A DNA stretch of 64,000 bases, from the NCBI GenBank assembly GCA_016839555.1, contig JAEOUA010000003.1, positions 128,001 through 192,000 on the forward strand. Reading direction: 5' to 3'. Source of the stretch: Promethearchaeota archaeon. GTDB taxonomy: Archaea > Asgardarchaeota > Lokiarchaeia > Sigyniarchaeales > SOKP01. Below are positions 49,773-59,552 of the stretch, in pieces. Under the pieces are notes generated by a model, which saw only the letters and a list, made by a program, of their open reading frames with translations, ran no database searches and was not told the DNA's origin. The position numbers and the translations under genes were made by a program. Each line of letters starts with the position of its first letter. Position 1 is the first letter of the stretch.

Positions 49773-50324
49773 TTAAATCATATTAATTCTTCTCAATAAC
49801 TCTCTTGAAAGCTCTTCAAATATCAACTCTACATTCTCTCCCGTTTTTGCAGAACATTCTTCATATGCATATAAATTTTGAGTTCGAACAAATTTTTTTG
49901 CTTCATATCCTGGTATGGATCTTTTATCTTCCAAATCTTTTTTACCGCCAACCATAATGATTGGTAGTGCCTCACCTGGCTGCTTCCTAGAAGTATATTC
50001 CTCTCTAAAAATCTCTAACCAATCCTTTATATTTTTCAAGGTGGAATATCGTGTGATATCATACATAAATATTCCTCCAGATGAGCCAGAAACATATTTA
50101 GGCAAAATAAAACGAAATCGATCTTCACCCCCAAAGTCCCAGAGCTGCAGGGTCACTTTTATGTTTTCAATTTGTAATTTTTTTACATAAAAATCTACAC
50201 CTATCGTTAGCGTAGTGGAAACATCAAATACTCCTAATAAATAGCGCTTAACTAAGGATGTTTTGCCGACTCCACCATCCCCGAAGATGCAGATTTTAAA
50301 CAGAGCGTCGTTCTGGACCCTAAT
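49773..50324 (-). CDS. Rab-like small GTPase (full length; the ORF track truncates it)
   Basis: The frame extends upstream of 50156 through IRVQNDALFKICIFGDGGVGKTS..TIGVDF; start inferred at ATT 50324. Confidence 0.9.
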   Translation of the reverse strand: MRVQNDALFKICIFGDGGVGKTSLVKRYLLGVFDVSTTLTIGVDFYVKKLQIENIKVTLQLWDFGGEDRFRFILPKYVSGSSGGIFMYDITRYSTLKNIKDWLEIFREEYTSRKQPGEALPIIMVGGKKDLEDKRSIPGYEAKKFVRTQNLYAYEECSAKTGENVELIFEELSRELLRRINMI

Positions 50325-50788
50325 ATATATCTCCCTTAAATTATTCTCATTAACCTTTAATTTATACTAAGATAAAAAATTTTATAATTTTCTTTAATAA
50401 AAAAATAAATAATACTATATATTAAAATTTTTTAAACTAAATTATAACTTAACTAAAAATAAATGATATAAACTCAAAAAAAAATTTTGAAAATAGGAAT
50501 GATTATAAATATACCCAAGAAGCGATAACTAATTTAATTGAAAAGATTAATTAAAATTAAATTTTAGATCAAATAACAATAAAAAATAAGAATTTCTGAT
50601 AAAACCCAATTAATTATTAGCATATAAGGGTGAATTTTCAATCAAATGTATTTCAATATATAAAAAAAGCTTTAAAATATAATACCTCTAGAATGAATGT
50701 CTATATTTCTGATTCTTAACTATATTTACCCAAATTACACTTTAAACTAGCTAATAAGGGGAAAATTCGATTTCACTCTCTTATTTCT

Positions 50789-51367
50789 TCATGAATTTTC
50801 GGTTTTCACAACTCCTACCCTTCTTAATAATTCTAGGGCAAGATCTTCAAATATTTCTTCCACATTTTCTCCAGTTTTGGCGGAACATTCTCTATATTTA
50901 TATAACTTTTGATTTTGAACAATTTTTTTGGCATGATCTCTTTCTACAGATCTATTTTCCTCCAAATCCTTTTTGCTGCCAACCATTATAATCGGAAGGG
51001 TACTATTTGAGTGCCCATGATTAGAATATTCCTCTCGAAATATTTCCAACCAAGAATTAAAATTTTTTAAGCTTGTATATCTTGTAATATCGAACATAAA
51101 AATTCCTCCTGAAGAGCCTGCAACATATTGAGGTAGAAGAAAGCGAAAGCGTTCTTCTCCACCGAAATCCCAAATTTGTAATGTAACATTCATATCATTA
51201 ATCCGAAGTCTTTTAACAAAAAAATCTGCGCCAATAGTAAGTTTTGTAGAAAGGTCGTAAAAGCCCAACATATAACGTTTCACTAAAGTGGTTTTCCCTA
51301 CTCCACCATCTCCGAAAATTATTACTTTAAAAAGAGCATCAGTCTTAAAGTTAATACTAATCCTCAC
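50789..51367 (-). CDS. Rab-like small GTPase, tandem paralog
   Basis: GDGGVGKT, TIGADF, WDFGGEERF, SKKD and SAK; start at GTG 51367 or ATT 51355. Confidence 0.95.
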   Translation of the reverse strand: MRISINFKTDALFKVIIFGDGGVGKTTLVKRYMLGFYDLSTKLTIGADFFVKRLRINDMNVTLQIWDFGGEERFRFLLPQYVAGSSGGIFMFDITRYTSLKNFNSWLEIFREEYSNHGHSNSTLPIIMVGSKKDLEENRSVERDHAKKIVQNQKLYKYRECSAKTGENVEEIFEDLALELLRRVGVVKTENS

Positions 51368-51608
51368 CTAGCTATTTTTGAGTAATTCTTATATAATTTC
51401 AATTAAGAAAAATATTTTTATACCTATAATGATATTAAGAAAAATTGATTTTAAATAATTTTCTTTTGAGATAAAGAAAAATTTCTTAATTTTTCAAAAT
51501 TAGAATGAAATTGTTTTATATAAAAAAATTTCTCATTTTATTAGTTGAAATTTTGAATTTTAAATTTAAAATAAATCAATTTCAAATTTGCGTTACATTT
51601 TTCAAGAA

Positions 51609-53009
51609 TTATAAGGATTCTATTAATAATTTATAATAATTATTTAAAAAATGAAAATATCCTAATCTTGCATTTATTATGGAGTCAAGCTGAATGAATT
51701 CATTTGCTGCATGAGCATTTCCTCCAATCCCTAAACCTCCAGTAACATAGTTAATGCCTAATTCATTCTGAATTTTGCTTAAAGGGGAGGCAGCTGCACT
51801 TATTGGCCAGAGTTCAGGCTCCACATTTAGCTCTTTAAAGGTATTAAGCAAACTTCTAACCAGTACAGAATTTCTTTTTACTCTAGAAGGTCCATATCCT
51901 AAACGTTTTTTAATGCTTATTTTAATAGGTAAATTTTTTAAGAAATTTTTGGCTTGTTCTTCTATTTCTTTATAAATTATATGAGGTAGAATATTATGAG
52001 CAAATCTAATATCTATTTTAGAGAGTGCGGAATTTGGCACCGAATTTTTAATTCCTTTTTTTAAATATCCCCCTTTAAGAGTAGAAATATTAAAAGTAGG
52101 TTTGAATAAATATGCATATAAAAATTCTTCAGGTTTTTCTATTGAAACATGATCTATTCCTGCTTTTTGTATAATTTTTGATATTATTTTTTTCTTAATA
52201 AGCGCATTAATTAAGTCTATTTCTTCTTTAGATAATTCATAAGCTTTAGCTAATGATTCGATATTAAATTTTCTCTTAGAATAAATTTTTTCAAGAAATT
52301 CAATAAGATATTGAGGAGAATTAGGGATAATATTTGCGTATGAAGAGTGTGCCTCCAAATTACTAGTCTGAACTTTTATTTTTAATGATACTATTCCTTT
52401 ATATCCTAATTTTAAAACCGCTTTTCCGTCTAAATCTTGTTTAACAGCAGGATAATAGGCATCTTTACAGTTTCGAAATAGTTCCTTATTTTCTTCAAGT
52501 AATTTTAAAAGGGTAGGAGAGCCTATTTCCTCTTCTCCATCGAATACTAATAATAAGGAGAGTGGTAATTTATTTTCCTTTTTTAATAATTTTATGATAT
52601 TTAAGAAGGAAATAAGAGGTGTTTTAGAATTATACGCGCCCCTTGCAATGATACAATTTCCCAAATGATTTAGAGGGGAAGGGAGTTCTCTAATGCTTGC
52701 TCCAAAGGGTTCCTCTATCCAATCCTCTCTTTTATTGATTGGTTGAGTATCATACATCATATAAATTAGTAATTGTGAAGAATTATTACCTTTAATCTTT
52801 GCCAAAAACACAGGATTAATTTCTCCTTGAAATTTTTCTATGCTTTCAGAAAAATCTGAAATATATGAAGTAATATAATTAATAGCAGTAGATATTCCTT
52901 CAGAGTTTAGTGTAGAACTTGGAATTTTAAGAAATGGACACAAATCCTTTTGAATAAACTTTTCATTATTTGCTTTTATTTTTTCTTCTATATTAGTCTC
53001 TACTTCCAT
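51609..53009 (-). CDS. M20/ArgE-DapE family peptidase with altered metal ligands
   Basis: YDTQP, ARGA, DGEEEIGS and AH..NE. Confidence 0.85.
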   Translation of the reverse strand: MEVETNIEEKIKANNEKFIQKDLCPFLKIPSSTLNSEGISTAINYITSYISDFSESIEKFQGEINPVFLAKIKGNNSSQLLIYMMYDTQPINKREDWIEEPFGASIRELPSPLNHLGNCIIARGAYNSKTPLISFLNIIKLLKKENKLPLSLLLVFDGEEEIGSPTLLKLLEENKELFRNCKDAYYPAVKQDLDGKAVLKLGYKGIVSLKIKVQTSNLEAHSSYANIIPNSPQYLIEFLEKIYSKRKFNIESLAKAYELSKEEIDLINALIKKKIISKIIQKAGIDHVSIEKPEEFLYAYLFKPTFNISTLKGGYLKKGIKNSVPNSALSKIDIRFAHNILPHIIYKEIEEQAKNFLKNLPIKISIKKRLGYGPSRVKRNSVLVRSLLNTFKELNVEPELWPISAAASPLSKIQNELGINYVTGGLGIGGNAHAANEFIQLDSIINARLGYFHFLNNYYKLLIESL

Positions 53010-53078
53010 TTTCCTAAAAAATAAAAAAAAAAATTAAAATTAGTTATTCTAGTTAACTGATTTATTGGTTTTAAAATA

Positions 53079-54338
53079 TTATTTTTTTGAATCTACACTT
53101 TTTAAATATTCCATACAAATTTGAACCACTAATCCTAAAGCTTCAGGATCTACTACTTCTGGGGTGTCATATCTTGTATGGTAATAATTTACTAATTCAT
53201 TTACTAACTTAAGTCCGGAAATCGAGGTTGCTGAAATATTCTTTTTACTAAATGCTGCGGCATCAGTAGCACCAAAGGGTAATATAGCAATAGGATCCTC
53301 TATTTTTAGATTTTTTGCTATGGTCTCTAGCTTCTTATAAATTTCTTCAGAATGTTTAGCGCCTATTAATGGTTCACTTTTTAAAATTGCTGTACTTTCA
53401 GGTTTACTAATACCATCTATATTAACCACTTTAGCGTCTTCCTCTTTAAGTTCATCATAATGTTTCTTAATATATCGTTTTGCTCCTCTCAGTCCCGCTT
53501 CTTCTCCTGCAAAAGAAATCAAAGTAACCTTTGTGTGCTCTGGAACGAATTTTCCTTCTTTTTTATTTTCTGATAATAGTTTTCCAATTCCCAATACAAT
53601 ACTTACACCTGAAAGATTATCAAAAGCTCCTAAAACGCTATTATAACTATGGAAAAACATATATGCTCCTACGATTGGCACAAGTCCTATGAGTATAAAT
53701 CCAAAGATAAGAAATAATACAAGTGCAAAAATCGAGAAAAGATTTAATATTAATTTTAAGATTATAACGAAAAACAAAAGAAGAACACCTAAATATCCAA
53801 TAAAGATTGTAATTTCACCGAATCGCTTTAAATAATAAAATATATTGAATTCATAGGCAGAATCGTGGTGAGCTGAGAAGATTATCGAATTCTTCATCTC
53901 TTTTTGAGGTTCAATCACGCCAATTACATTCCTTGATGTTTTATTGGGGAAGAGAAAATCAAAAGATTCATGATATCTCATAACTTCCAAGATGAAATAG
54001 CTAATAGTAATAGAAATCAAAAGTACATCGATTAACAAAAAAATTATGCTATATATTTCAGGTAGATTAAGAATATTTAAATCAATCAACAATGAGAGCC
54101 AATAAAATATGATTGAAACAAGAACCAAAAACGCACCATATCTTATTCCTCCTAAAAATGCGGTTGGGCTACTAATATATTCCTCTTGATGAGTTTTATC
54201 GCAGAATTTTTTCAATTCTCTTTCAATACGATCTCCCGCTAAGAGTTCAGCCTCTGTTCCCGACTCTCTTGGTCCTATTTCTTCACAGATTTCTTTGATA
54301 AAATTATGCATATATTTATTTAAATTTTGATTAGCCAT
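53079..54338 (-). CDS. Membrane-embedded M28 peptidase
   Basis: SAHHDS, GA.DN.SG, EEAGLRG, TDAA.F and YHT..DT, with TM segments. Confidence 0.88.
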   Translation of the reverse strand: MANQNLNKYMHNFIKEICEEIGPRESGTEAELLAGDRIERELKKFCDKTHQEEYISSPTAFLGGIRYGAFLVLVSIIFYWLSLLIDLNILNLPEIYSIIFLLIDVLLISITISYFILEVMRYHESFDFLFPNKTSRNVIGVIEPQKEMKNSIIFSAHHDSAYEFNIFYYLKRFGEITIFIGYLGVLLLFFVIILKLILNLFSIFALVLFLIFGFILIGLVPIVGAYMFFHSYNSVLGAFDNLSGVSIVLGIGKLLSENKKEGKFVPEHTKVTLISFAGEEAGLRGAKRYIKKHYDELKEEDAKVVNIDGISKPESTAILKSEPLIGAKHSEEIYKKLETIAKNLKIEDPIAILPFGATDAAAFSKKNISATSISGLKLVNELVNYYHTRYDTPEVVDPEALGLVVQICMEYLKSVDSKK

Positions 54339-54481
54339 TTTTTATGAAATAGTTCTTTTTTATTTAATTAAGAATGTGATTCTTAGAAATTTATAATTAT
54401 TTACTTTTCAAAATAATAAAGATTTAATATAATTTAAATAAATAAATGTAAAATAAGAACTCAAAATTTATTATAAAAATT

Positions 54482-55363
54482 ATGAATAGAGATTTTATAA
54501 AATTCGAGAGCTTTGATGGAACCTTTCCCTTTAAGCCAAATTTTAAAAATATAAATGGATTTAATATGCATTATGTTGATGAAGGAGTTGGTGAACCTAT
54601 CTTATGTTTGCATGGAATGCCTACTTGGAGTTATCTCTATAGGAAATTCATTAAAGTACTTTCAAAAACAAATCGAGTTGTGGCTCCTGATGCAATGGGT
54701 TTCGGGAAAAGCGATGTTCCTCAAAATAAGAATTATGTAATGCAAGAACATATTGATAATTTAAAAGAATTAGTACTTAATTTGAATTTGAAAGATATAA
54801 CCCTAATTGTTCAAGATTGGGGTGGTCCCATTGGATTTGGTTTGGCGGTAAATTATCCAGAAAAAATAAAACGATTAATTATTATGAATACCTCTATAGG
54901 TGTAATGAAAGAGGGAAGAAAACCTTGGTATGCACCTCTCGAAGAAAAAGGGATTTATAAGCAGTTCATAATGAATATAAGTGGACTAATAAAAGGAGGA
55001 ATTTATAATAAAGATAAAATTACTGATTCTATGATTGAAGCATATAAAGCACCATTCCCAAGTGAGAAATATTATATTGGTGCGTTTGTCTGGCCTAAAG
55101 ATATTCCTGTAGGTGAATCCCATCCAAGCGCTTCTATTATGAAATTTGTACGTAATAATTTAGAGCGCTTAGAAGAGCAGAAAAAGATATTAATTTGGGG
55201 AGTAAAAGATCCTATATTTCCAGAAAAATTAATTTCTTGGTGGAATAAAATTTACCCAGGTATAGAAACCCATAAGATTAAGAATGCCTCTCATTTTTTA
55301 CAAGAAGATGCTCCTAAACAAATAATTGATATTATTAAGCAGTTTTTAGATAACAATCCTTAA
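54482..55363 (+). CDS. Haloalkane dehalogenase-like alpha/beta hydrolase
   Basis: HG.PTWSYLYR, PD..GFG.SD, QDWGG and HFLQED. Confidence 0.88.
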   Translation: MNRDFIKFESFDGTFPFKPNFKNINGFNMHYVDEGVGEPILCLHGMPTWSYLYRKFIKVLSKTNRVVAPDAMGFGKSDVPQNKNYVMQEHIDNLKELVLNLNLKDITLIVQDWGGPIGFGLAVNYPEKIKRLIIMNTSIGVMKEGRKPWYAPLEEKGIYKQFIMNISGLIKGGIYNKDKITDSMIEAYKAPFPSEKYYIGAFVWPKDIPVGESHPSASIMKFVRNNLERLEEQKKILIWGVKDPIFPEKLISWWNKIYPGIETHKIKNASHFLQEDAPKQIIDIIKQFLDNNP

Positions 55364-55491
55364 TTCAAAAATTTCTGTCATTTTCTTTTTTTTTGGTTTT
55401 TGTTGGAATGAAAAAAATCTACTCCTTTAAATAAATTAAACGAGATTTATTACCAACAATAATCTCAATTTAAAATTCATTAATGAAAAAA

Positions 55492-55743
55492 ATGGTATAT
55501 TATAGATTTAGATTAACTGGGGTGCCTCCTGACCAAGCTATAAAGCAAATTGATATTGATCCAAATCAAACTATTCAATCTGTTAAAAAAAATGTTCAAC
55601 AAGAATATAAACTGAATCCTATTTTAGCAATTCAATTTATTTTCAAAGGAAAAGTCTTACCAGATACCATGGCTTTTTCAAAAGCGGGAATTCATCCTAA
55701 AAAGGATGTTATTACTGTTATGGCAACTCAGGCGGGTGGATAA
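55492..55743 (+). CDS. Ubiquitin-like protein with C-terminal GG
   Basis: Beta-grasp pattern TI..VK, FIFKGKVL.D; ends QAGG*. Confidence 0.85.
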   Translation: MVYYRFRLTGVPPDQAIKQIDIDPNQTIQSVKKNVQQEYKLNPILAIQFIFKGKVLPDTMAFSKAGIHPKKDVITVMATQAGG

Positions 55744-55812
55744 TTCTCTTATCCATAGGAAAAATATTATTTGAGTTTTATTGAATTTAAAGAATCTAGG
55801 GAATAATTTCAA

Positions 55813-55915
55813 AGAAATAGATCAAATGGGAATTGATCTTTTCTAAAATTGTCGTTCGGTAGATGAGATCTTAGGAGCTACCTCCTTAAATCGTCATTAT
55901 TAATAATCAGAAGGG
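55813..55915. ncRNA. Candidate structured RNA (two hairpins; box C/D-like words on the minus strand)
   Basis: Stems at 55813-55844 and 55863-55897; minus-strand CTGA-N9-ATGACGA. Confidence 0.3.
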
Positions 55916-55926
55916 ATGCTTTATAA

Positions 55927-57549
55927 ATGAAAGGTTTAATCTATATATTCACTTCTTTAACAGTCTTTTTCATAATAAATTTGATAGTTCTTAGGAACTC
56001 CAGAGAATTAAAAGAATATAAAATCAATGAGTATTTAAAATTAAAATTAGAAGGCGATAGAACCTATATTTATGTAAAAAATAAACGGTTTCGTCAATGT
56101 ATGTACTTGCTAATGAATGTTCAACTTGATAAAGTGGAAAAATATGATGTCATTAATTCTATAGATGAGGCCGCAGAAACTTTAGATCGATCAATGGAAA
56201 GAGATCAATCTATTAGGAGGCAAATTTCTCCCCAAGTAGAATTTTGGGGGCATTGTTCTAATATAGAAGCATGGGCAGAAAATGATTATGATACTCGGCT
56301 CTTACATAGAAACTTAGCATTTCCATTACTTAGAGAGCTCATGCTTGCGGGTGATCCTATAGCAAAAAGAGTGTTTAAAGAAGAGATCGCTATAAGAATA
56401 ACTAGTAAACATCCCACTGTTATTAACTATTTATTTGAAGAAGGATACTTAAAGTATTTAAAAAATTATGAACTAGAAACTATTTTTGATGATTTAGATA
56501 TTCCTATTATCGCTCAAACATCAAATTCTTTAAATCGAATTTTAGAAAGTGGTCAACAACCATCAGAAAGAGAAATATTTTATGTATTGAAAAGGTTCTT
56601 TGAAAAAATTGGGATCAATCATATTCCATTTATATTTTCAAAAATAAGAAAAAATGTTTCTCCTCAGAATCAAGATAAGATTGTTAAATTAGTATATGAA
56701 AATTACAAATCAAGAAAAAATTTTTCTGAAATAGAGTTTATTAATGAAAATCTTGAATATTTCAATATCGAGGAAAATGACTTCATAAAGTATAATAATA
56801 AAGTTATTGGCATAATTCAAGAGGAGGAAAAATTAATTTTAAAACATAAAAAAATAGGAGAAATAAATAAATTAAAAGGCTTAACTAATTATTTTGAAAA
56901 AATAAAAAACTTAGATTTAAGCAATAATCTAATTCAAAATTTAAGTGGTATAGAAAAATTTTCGAATGTACGAATTCTAAACTTAGATAATAATTTAATT
57001 AAAAATGTTAGACCCTTAAAAAATCTAACAGAATTAGAACGTTTATCGCTTAAAAATAACAATATTTCTAATATTGAGGAAATTGAAGATCTAGAGAAAT
57101 TAAAAACTATTGATTTGTCTGGAAATAAGCAAATAATTGAAATTCCTGAAATATTGACTTGTTTACCAGCATTAGAAGAAGTTAAATTATGGAATTGCAA
57201 TATTTATAAATTTAACGAAGCAACATCTCATATCTTTTGGAATAATCAGAATTATAGATTTTTTAAAGGATTTAATCATGATGATGTAAATTATTATGAA
57301 AATACGCATCGAGCAAAAGCGTTATCGCCCGTTGATAATGGATTATATAAAAAATTTGTCGAATGGATTATCAAAATGAGGAAAAAGATGAAAAAATATC
57401 ATTTTTCCTATGATGATATTAAAACATTTCATATTCAAAATCCCTCCCTTAACGCGATTTGGTCGGGCCGACTCACCAATTCTTTTAAAATCTGGTTAGA
57501 TTTTAATAAATATCAGAAGAAGATCACAGACTTTTTAAAGAATAAATAA
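55927..57549 (+). CDS. LRR protein with FWGHCSN N-terminal domain and C-terminal PIP box
   Basis: N-terminal domain shared with 2731..4134; SDS22-like LRRs; ends QKKITDFLKNK; alternative start TTG 55981. Confidence 0.88.
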   Translation: MKGLIYIFTSLTVFFIINLIVLRNSRELKEYKINEYLKLKLEGDRTYIYVKNKRFRQCMYLLMNVQLDKVEKYDVINSIDEAAETLDRSMERDQSIRRQISPQVEFWGHCSNIEAWAENDYDTRLLHRNLAFPLLRELMLAGDPIAKRVFKEEIAIRITSKHPTVINYLFEEGYLKYLKNYELETIFDDLDIPIIAQTSNSLNRILESGQQPSEREIFYVLKRFFEKIGINHIPFIFSKIRKNVSPQNQDKIVKLVYENYKSRKNFSEIEFINENLEYFNIEENDFIKYNNKVIGIIQEEEKLILKHKKIGEINKLKGLTNYFEKIKNLDLSNNLIQNLSGIEKFSNVRILNLDNNLIKNVRPLKNLTELERLSLKNNNISNIEEIEDLEKLKTIDLSGNKQIIEIPEILTCLPALEEVKLWNCNIYKFNEATSHIFWNNQNYRFFKGFNHDDVNYYENTHRAKALSPVDNGLYKKFVEWIIKMRKKMKKYHFSYDDIKTFHIQNPSLNAIWSGRLTNSFKIWLDFNKYQKKITDFLKNK

Positions 57550-57796
57550 GAGTAATCATAAATCTTTTCATATATTTATTTTAAAGATGTAATCTTACTT
57601 TGTTCTCTCAATTAATATTAATTAATTAAGATTTTTGAATGCAAAAAAAATAACATAATCAAGCTTACTCTAATCCTTGATAATAAGAAATTTGTAGAGA
57701 TTTCAAAAATACATTAATATTTAAATAGATGATTTTATCATCATATATTTGAGTAAAATTTTCTATTCAAATCAATTAAGATAAAATTTAGATTAT

Positions 57797-58711
57797 ATGC
57801 CATCGAATTCTGATCATAAAGAATTGCATAAAAATAATATTAGGGAAAGTTGTTGTGATAATCCTAAAATATCAGAATCTGATGGTTTTAATGTGTGTTT
57901 AAATTGTGGCGCAGTATTTTCGAGAATAATCGACAATTCTCCGAGAAGAGCATATAGTCAAGAAGAAATTAATAAAAGGAAAATCTCTGAAATAGTGTAC
58001 TCTCCTATTGGCCCTCGAACCATAATCAAGGGTTCTCGAGATGCTCATGGAAACTTAATTAATCCAAAATATAAATCGATATTTTATCGATTATCAAAAA
58101 TTCATCGATCTTTAATTACTAGTTTTGAAAGAAATTTATGGACGGCTTTGCCTCATCTTCAAACATTTCAAAAGAAAATTGGCTTACCAGAAAGAGTTGC
58201 AAAAGATGCACTCCGGATTTACACTGAAGCTGTAAAGAAAAAATTAACAATGGGGAGAAGTATTATTACATTATTATGTGCCTCAATTTTTTGTGCTGTA
58301 AAAATACATGGAATACCCCGTACTTTGTCAGAAATTACCGAGGTTGCTCAAGTTTCAGAAAAAAAAGTATTAAAAAATTATCAATTGATTTTATTAAAAA
58401 TTTTACCTGAATTAAATCTAAAAATACACCATTTCAATTCTATTGATTATATTGATAAATTTAATGACCAATTAAAATTATCTATGAAGTGTCGCCATGA
58501 GGCCATAAAATTAATTGAAAAAGCAAAAAGAAATGGATTTATTCCTAGCGGAAAAGACCCCAAAGGAATTGCCGCAGCAGTTCTCTATATGACTTCAAAA
58601 GATAATAATGAAAATAGAACTCAAAAAGAGATATGTTCGTGCTCTAATATAACAGAAGTCACTCTTAGATTAAGAATAAAAGAAATTTCTAAATTTATAG
58701 AAATGAAATAA
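57797..58711 (+). CDS. tfb: Transcription initiation factor IIB family protein
   Basis: CC..CLNCG Zn ribbon, ERNL..A, GRS, IPRTL.EI, GKDP.GIAAA.LY, RTQ.EI and TEVTLR.R. Confidence 0.92.
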   Translation: MPSNSDHKELHKNNIRESCCDNPKISESDGFNVCLNCGAVFSRIIDNSPRRAYSQEEINKRKISEIVYSPIGPRTIIKGSRDAHGNLINPKYKSIFYRLSKIHRSLITSFERNLWTALPHLQTFQKKIGLPERVAKDALRIYTEAVKKKLTMGRSIITLLCASIFCAVKIHGIPRTLSEITEVAQVSEKKVLKNYQLILLKILPELNLKIHHFNSIDYIDKFNDQLKLSMKCRHEAIKLIEKAKRNGFIPSGKDPKGIAAAVLYMTSKDNNENRTQKEICSCSNITEVTLRLRIKEISKFIEMK

Positions 58712-58832
58712 AAGATTGGCTTTTAAATTTTTAAGATAAATGTAATTTTACCAAAATTTTTTTCTTATTATGGATTTTATATAATATAATTTATGAATAA
58801 AACGTGATTATATTAATAATAAGGTATTAAAA

Positions 58833-59486
58833 ATGGATTACGTCGAACGAAATTATAACATATTAAAAGAGAAGATGCTTACCCAAATGGAGAATGCTCT
58901 TGAATTCGGAAAAGAATTAATAGATTCTGAGTTAGATGCGGGTGTTTTAAATTTTGTGGTTAAGCCAGTCGTTAAAGCTTTTTATAACTATTGGTGCGAC
59001 AAAGATGCACGTACTGGGACTCGCAAACAGATAAAACTCGTATTGGATTTAGGTAAAAATTTAGTTCAAAATGGAGCCGAAGCCAATTTTGATGAAGTAA
59101 TTGAAAACCATTTTCAAGATTATTTAAAAGGCGATCAAACCTATCTCAGATGTAAAAAAGAGCACAAGGATTTCAACAAATTACGGCAAATAACAAAACA
59201 ATGTTTTATCACTCAAGTAGAGGGTGCTATAAAATTTTTAAAGGTCCAAGATGATGCCAAGGAATATGATGATTTAACAAGAGCAGCATTTAAAACAAAG
59301 CAAGAAGCTTACGATGCTCTTTCTAGACAATTAGACTATCACGATGAAGGGATAAAAATTGTAGAAAATAGCCCCGATATATTGGATGTGCCTACAGGAA
59401 AAGGAATTATCATCAAAATTTTAAGAAAAGGATTTGAACAGACCAAGAAAGAATTAATAAAAAGCTTAAATGTAGTTTATAATTAA
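58833..59486 (+). CDS. Hypothetical protein
   Basis: 217-aa ATG ORF with SD AAGGT; helical, no recognised motif. Confidence 0.75.
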   Translation: MDYVERNYNILKEKMLTQMENALEFGKELIDSELDAGVLNFVVKPVVKAFYNYWCDKDARTGTRKQIKLVLDLGKNLVQNGAEANFDEVIENHFQDYLKGDQTYLRCKKEHKDFNKLRQITKQCFITQVEGAIKFLKVQDDAKEYDDLTRAAFKTKQEAYDALSRQLDYHDEGIKIVENSPDILDVPTGKGIIIKILRKGFEQTKKELIKSLNVVYN

Positions 59487-59552
59487 GTGCACTTATTTTT
59501 TTAAGAACTCACCTCTTAACATTTATGGAATATTTATTTAAAAAAAATTTCA

